This document shows positions 31,853-32,180 of a stretch of 32,180 bases of DNA, one piece after another. A model generated the notes under the pieces. It searched no databases, was not told the DNA's origin, and saw only the letters and a program-made list of their open reading frames with translations. The translations under genes were made by a program, and so were the position numbers. Position 1 is the stretch's first letter. Every line of letters begins with the position of its first letter. The stretch covers positions 1 through 32,180 of the forward strand of contig NW_021832349.1 in the NCBI RefSeq assembly GCF_006345805.1, read 5' to 3'. Source of the stretch: Octopus sinensis (Eukaryota).

Positions 31853-32167
31853 TTATAAAGAGACACGAGAGACAGAGAGAGAGATACCATCATCATACAT
31901 TTTTTAGCATCCATGTTTGTATTATTGCATGAGTCAGACAATATGTTGTGTGTGTGTTATACTGTGTGAAGTACATATATACTGACTACTACTACTACTA
32001 CTACTACTGTAACTACGTTATTATTATTGTGCACCTCAGATATCTACTGGAAGAACCCTCAGTACCTGTTGGAGATCCGTGAGTGTGGCGCTGATGTTCG
32101 GACAGTGATTTCCCTGATGCATCGGCCGAGTCACCAAGACATTAGTATCGGCGTACACTTGTACAAG
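1576..32167 (+). CDS. Calpain-family cysteine protease gene (CysPc core plus start of CBSW/C2-like domain III); 11 coding exons, 3'-incomplete
   Basis: Spliced exons total 1227 nt = 409 codons if exon 5 starts at 19197. Motifs: [22 protein letters not shown] (Cys79), [39 protein letters not shown] (His242), LRNPWG (Asn266), DDGEFWM, GQW..ITSGG, NPQY. His-Asn spacing of 24 matches classical calpains. Specific orthologue not assignable. Confidence 0.95.
1762..2264 (-). mobile_element. tRNA-derived SINE, family B, with internal (TA)n expansion
   Basis: Tail (1762-1925) and head (2148-2264) match the copies at 16293, 25852 and 26297; begins about 25 nt after the exon 1 donor. Confidence 0.85.
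3291..3372 (-). ncRNA. Candidate minimal (type I) hammerhead ribozyme with intact core
   Basis: Minus strand: TTC CTGAAGA G AAAGCCACAAT [31 nt] ATTGTGGCTTT T GAAAC ATGT GTA GAA. Perfect 11-bp stem II, short stem III with palindromic ACATGT, GUA cleavage triplet, 3-bp stem I. Confidence 0.65.
3986..4936 (-). CDS. Stop-free PLE frame encoding a low-complexity linker plus GIY-YIG endonuclease (316 aa)
   Basis: Extends the supplied 273-aa ORF upstream to a TAA at 4937-4939; no ATG-initiated start; part of the retroelement. Confidence 0.75.
   Translation of the reverse strand, partial: LPQNSKYYSTVNSLSRIAFSNTKNLSQIIASHNNRLLIKTLPPLSGGAAPSAPSLTLSRNNNSSNNDKRASTVTDNLSTNQGLNTRRSDRRNGDVINVSNGNSEVNAARVINVESPNSNSSIVSGNSRPTDTSNYSALSDREDSGVSPLINSDFEENKVVSGRSSRNQYSNSNAVLISEANPNRIRFLSSNSKIRNAIYRCKVYTDSDVYSYVGASSSKFALRISNHFATFRDVNKYQATGLSKLIWRLKNANSGFRLEWSILSVALPFDRSRRKCNLCVSELFHILFARDRLVNGLLQSAFRCPHWRRYTYLAYK
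5380..5677 (+). mobile_element. tRNA-derived SINE, family A
   Basis: A-box-like GCCCAGTGGTTAGG and B-box-like GGTTTCGATTCC; matches copies at 9170-9524 and 15857-16167; tail CACGTGAT repeats. Confidence 0.85.
6050..6740 (-). mobile_element. Second PLE remnant (RT C-terminal/thumb fragment joined to a 3' terminal region)
   Basis: Frameshifted minus-strand peptides [18 protein letters not shown] and [42 protein letters not shown] resemble PLE RT C-termini; no GIY-YIG seen; hammerhead-like motif at 6195-6299. Confidence 0.6.
6195..6299 (-). ncRNA. Degenerate minimal hammerhead-like motif
   Basis: GAC CTGAATA GTGGCTATGTAT ... ATACATAATCAC GAAAC GCAC GTT GTC: 3-bp stem I (GAC/GTC), 11 of 12 pairs in stem II, core one mismatch from CUGAAGA. 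Confidence 0.55.
6762..7993 (+). mobile_element. Non-autonomous Helitron-like element (about 1.23 kb)
   Basis: A|TCTCTATATATATAAAAG start; 3' hairpin CCCGG-GCAACG-CCGGG (7966-7981) followed 8 nt later by CTAG|T; no TSD. Same termini as the element at 19596-19978. Confidence 0.8.
7999..8919. repeat. About 240-bp direct repeats (7999-8238, 8678-8919) flanking an approximately 440-bp purine-rich spacer
   Basis: Offset 679; only a few substitutions (also visible as the near-identical ORFs at 8031 and 8710). Confidence 0.9.
8935..9115 (+). repeat. Fragment of an interspersed repeat, probably a SINE body
   Basis: GATCAATGGAACAGCC..CTCGTGAAATTAACGTGCAAGTGG..GACACGTGTACCCTTAACGTAGTTCTCGGGG recalled as an abundant octopus repeat; single copy in this window, so not self-verifiable. 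Confidence 0.45.
9170..9524. mobile_element. SINE family A in inverted arrangement (head on -, 9170-9294; body and tail on +, 9306-9524)
   Basis: Both parts match the copies at 5380 and 15857; about 45 bp of the middle is present in both orientations. Confidence 0.8.
9548..9870. repeat. Compound (TATG)n/(TG)n/(TA)n/(GA)n microsatellite
   Basis: Directly visible. Confidence 0.9.
9953..10019 (+). CDS. Calpain coding exon 2 ([23 protein letters not shown])
   Basis: Acceptor tcttttccacag|, donor |gtaagt; 67 nt, phase 0 to 1; carries the QG oxyanion-hole Gln. Confidence 0.92.
10285..10608. repeat. (GATA)n microsatellite, about 80 units, at the LINE 3' end
   Basis: Directly visible; grades into GACA/GACG/GATG variants toward exon 2. 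Confidence 0.95.
10609..13509 (-). mobile_element. 5'-truncated L1/Tx1-like non-LTR retrotransposon (ORF2: RT, C-terminal CCHC, 3' UTR), inactivated
   Basis: [47 protein letters not shown] (-1 frameshift near 12475), YAFD in place of YADD, GAKIN..KS, LGVWF, second frameshift near 11900, [23 protein letters not shown] at 10615-10620 followed by (ATCT)n. Confidence 0.9.
13510..13541. repeat. (GATA)8 tract between the two LINE copies
   Basis: gata x4, gatg, gata x3. Confidence 0.95.
13542..13932 (-). mobile_element. Second, 3'-UTR-only copy of the same Tx1-like family
   Basis: Colinear similarity to 10609-10925 (TTTCTTTATT.GCCACACAGGGCTGCACACAGA...GATCAATAGGGATCGT...AAAGACCACGGTAACCT.GGTCAAT); AATAAA at 13548-13553. 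Confidence 0.88.
13960..14460 (+). mobile_element. Third PLE remnant (GIY-YIG 3' end plus terminal region)
   Basis: [26 protein letters not shown] and, in another frame, [22 protein letters not shown] match Penelope-type GIY-YIG; followed by a hammerhead-like motif. Confidence 0.8.
14416..14459 (+). ncRNA. Degenerate minimal hammerhead-like motif
   Basis: ACAC CTCATAG A GGCTG gagagtacat CAGCC GAAAC GTT GTGT: stem I ACAC/GTGT and stem II GGCTG/CAGCC are intact, but the core has 3 mismatches to CUGAUGA. Confidence 0.55.
14768..14851 (+). mobile_element. SINE family C head fragment
   Basis: Similar to 30481-30583 and 30957-31163 (CTGG.AGAA.C...GCTTAGCGG.ATTTCG...GTTCTGAGTTCAAATT). Confidence 0.65.
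14966..15070 (+). CDS. Calpain coding exon 3 (G-DCWFISAV...FTEDYA-G), catalytic Cys
   Basis: Acceptor ttccacacacag|, donor |gtgagt; 105 nt, phase 1 to 1. Confidence 0.95.
15857..16167 (-). mobile_element. tRNA-derived SINE, family A, full length
   Basis: Reverse complement of 5380-5677, with intact GGAGGCGCAATGGCCCAGTGG head. Confidence 0.88.
16293..16679 (+). mobile_element. tRNA-derived SINE, family B, near full length
   Basis: GGCGCAG..GTGGCTGTGTGGTAAG head, GGTTCAGTCCC B-box-like, central TA/TG microsatellite, (AAAAGAGT)n tail; matches four other copies. Confidence 0.88.
16721..16882 (-). mobile_element. SINE family B head half
   Basis: Reverse complement of about 16293-16455. Confidence 0.85.
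17170..17329 (+). CDS. Calpain coding exon 4 ([13 protein letters not shown]...LLEKAYA-K)
   Basis: Acceptor caattgcag|, donor AA|gtaaga; 160 nt, phase 1 to 2; an in-frame TAA follows immediately if unspliced. Confidence 0.95.
18067..18480. mobile_element. MITE-like element (414 bp) with about 55-bp imperfect TIRs and TA flanks
   Basis: TA|TCCCCTCAACCCAAAATGCTGTCTGCGAGTGACATGACACAAAAATTCAAAATT at the left end; the reverse complement of the right end reads TCTCCTCAACCACAAAAGTTGTCGCCGAGCAACATGACATAAAAATTCAAAATT; followed by TA. Confidence 0.75.
18612..19116. repeat. About 152-bp direct repeats (18612-18764, 18965-19116) around a 200-bp spacer
   Basis: Offset 353; near-identical; each contains GGAGGA/TCCTCC, GCCAT/ATGGC and TACAGTAGC/GCTACTGTA inverted pairs. 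Confidence 0.9.
19197..19371 (+). CDS. Calpain coding exon 5 ([12 protein letters not shown]...DMTGGVSE...MFSCGI); acceptor anomalous by 1 nt
   Basis: Homologous to K-LHGSYEALxGG...DFTGG..E of calpains; donor ATT|gtaagt phase 0. The start required for frame (19197) is preceded by AA; the only nearby AG (19196-19197) gives phase 0 instead of 2. Confidence 0.85.
19596..19978 (+). mobile_element. Non-autonomous Helitron-like element (383 bp)
   Basis: A|TCTATATATATAAAAG start; CCCGAGCAACGCCGGG hairpin at 19951-19966; CTAG|T end. Confidence 0.8.
20040..21700 (-). mobile_element. Fourth PLE remnant (Zn-knuckle plus GIY-YIG, decayed), apparently interrupted by other sequence
   Basis: YCTCKN../[20 protein letters not shown] near 21390-21475; [31 protein letters not shown] (ORF 21110-21403); hammerhead-like remnant at 20149-20193. 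Boundaries approximate. Confidence 0.7.
20149..20193 (-). ncRNA. Degenerate hammerhead-like motif
   Basis: TTGATAA ACTATA..(TA)n..TATAGCCC T GAAAC GTAC GTA: same GAAAC-N4-GTA architecture as 3291-3372, core has 2 mismatches. Confidence 0.4.
22252..22850 (-). repeat. Probable non-LTR element 3' remnant with (TAA)n tail
   Basis: (ATT/ATC)n tract at 22252-22380 abuts about 470 bp that I recall as an abundant octopus interspersed repeat; no coding motif seen. Confidence 0.45.
22884..22990. repeat. (GTT)n/(GCT)n trinucleotide tract just upstream of exon 6
   Basis: Directly visible. Confidence 0.9.
23028..23111 (+). CDS. Calpain coding exon 6 ([28 protein letters not shown]), catalytic His
   Basis: Acceptor ttatctcccttag|, donor |gtaagt; 84 nt, phase 0 to 0. 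Confidence 0.92.
23401..24237. repeat. (ATGT)n microsatellite, about 840 bp
   Basis: Directly visible; source of the six long MYVC/HTYI ORFs. Confidence 0.97.
24298..24595 (-). mobile_element. RTE-like 3' tail or RTE-tailed SINE remnant
   Basis: Minus strand ends GCATGGAAAGCGGATGTTAAA(TGC)n; contains GTTTCTACAGCTGGATGCCCTTC twice; a related segment occurs in opposite orientation near 24815-24850. Confidence 0.55.
25096..25181 (+). CDS. Calpain coding exon 7 ([29 protein letters not shown]), catalytic Asn
   Basis: Acceptor ctgtttgcag|, donor TC|gtaagt; 86 nt, phase 0 to 2. Confidence 0.95.
25598..25772. repeat. Fold-back inverted repeat (66/67-bp arms, 42-nt spacer); each arm overlaps a hammerhead-like motif
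   Basis: 25598-25663 is the reverse complement of 25706-25772 with about 5 substitutions and 1 indel. Minus: GATAA CCGAAGA..CATCT GAAC..GTT TTATC (25622-25680). Plus: CTGAAAA..CATCT GAAACTCAGAGTT TTATC (25688-25748). Confidence 0.85.
25852..26255 (-). mobile_element. SINE family B, full length
   Basis: Reverse complement of the 16293-16679 family; (TACTCTTT)n tail. Confidence 0.9.
26297..26724 (-). mobile_element. SINE family B, full length, tandem with the previous copy
   Basis: Same orientation; separated by about 40 bp of TA-rich sequence. Confidence 0.9.
26872..26949 (+). CDS. Calpain coding exon 8 ([27 protein letters not shown])
   Basis: Acceptor cctctttgaag|, donor TG|gtaagg; 78 nt, phase 2 to 2. 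Confidence 0.93.
27005..27880. repeat. (GTA)n-based trinucleotide array, about 870 bp
   Basis: Directly visible, with GTG/GCA/ATG variants. Confidence 0.97.
28202..28283 (+). CDS. Calpain coding exon 9 ([28 protein letters not shown])
   Basis: Acceptor tttcttttcacag|, donor CAG|gtcagt; 82 nt, phase 2 to 0. Confidence 0.93.
28625..28790 (+). mobile_element. Possible mariner-type transposon relic
   Basis: [17 protein letters not shown] resembles the segment preceding the xTGDE motif of mariner transposases; very short, no catalytic residues present. Confidence 0.4.
29146..30430 (-). mobile_element. Decayed 5' ORF region of an R4/Dong-like (RLE-type) non-LTR retrotransposon
   Basis: Broken frames give [79 protein letters not shown], matching my recollection of R4/Dong N-termini; no RT present. 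Confidence 0.6.
30481..30583 (+). mobile_element. SINE family C fragment
   Basis: Diverged match to 30957-31060. Confidence 0.6.
30861..30955. repeat. (ATT)n microsatellite
   Basis: Directly visible. Confidence 0.95.
30957..31163 (+). mobile_element. SINE family C
   Basis: CTGGCAGAATCG head, GTTCTGAGTTCAAATTC B-box-like, AAATAAGTACCAGT..CTGGGG..AATCGACT core; two related fragments elsewhere in the window. Confidence 0.7.
31321..31420 (+). CDS. Calpain coding exon 10 ([34 protein letters not shown]), start of CBSW domain
   Basis: Acceptor gcattgacag|, donor G|gtgaga; 100 nt, phase 0 to 1; W..GxW...GG matches the domain III start. Confidence 0.88.
32040..32167 (+). CDS. Calpain coding exon 11 ([13 protein letters not shown]...VISLMHR...SIGVHLYK)
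   Basis: Acceptor gcacctcag|, donor AAG|gtcagt; 128 nt, phase 1 to 0; NPQY and IG..LY motifs of domain III. Confidence 0.9.
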
Positions 32168-32180
32168 GTCAGTCGGCCCC

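Overview
AT-rich, microsatellite- and transposon-dense animal genomic DNA. The SINE, Penelope and Helitron content resembles an octopod cephalopod genome (inferred from memory of such repeats, not from a search). The window is spanned by one + strand gene, a calpain-family cysteine protease. I reconstructed 11 coding exons by hand (1576-1737, 9953-10019, 14966-15070, 17170-17329, 19197/8-19371, 23028-23111, 25096-25181, 26872-26949, 28202-28283, 31321-31420, 32040-32167), giving 409 aa so far; the gene continues past the window end. The Cys79/His242/Asn266 triad is intact. All junctions are GT-AG and phase-compatible except the exon 5 acceptor, which is one base out of phase: the frame needs AA|G, while the available AG gives a frameshift. 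The introns hold a decayed Tc1 just upstream, four Penelope-like (PLE) remnants, six minimal hammerhead-ribozyme-like motifs, two tandem Tx1/L1-like LINE copies embedded in (GATA)n, an R4/Dong-like remnant, two non-autonomous Helitrons, a MITE, three tRNA-derived SINE families and very long simple repeats. Most supplied ORFs are artefacts of simple repeats. All alignments and coordinates were read by eye; TE family names come from motif recall and need database confirmation.
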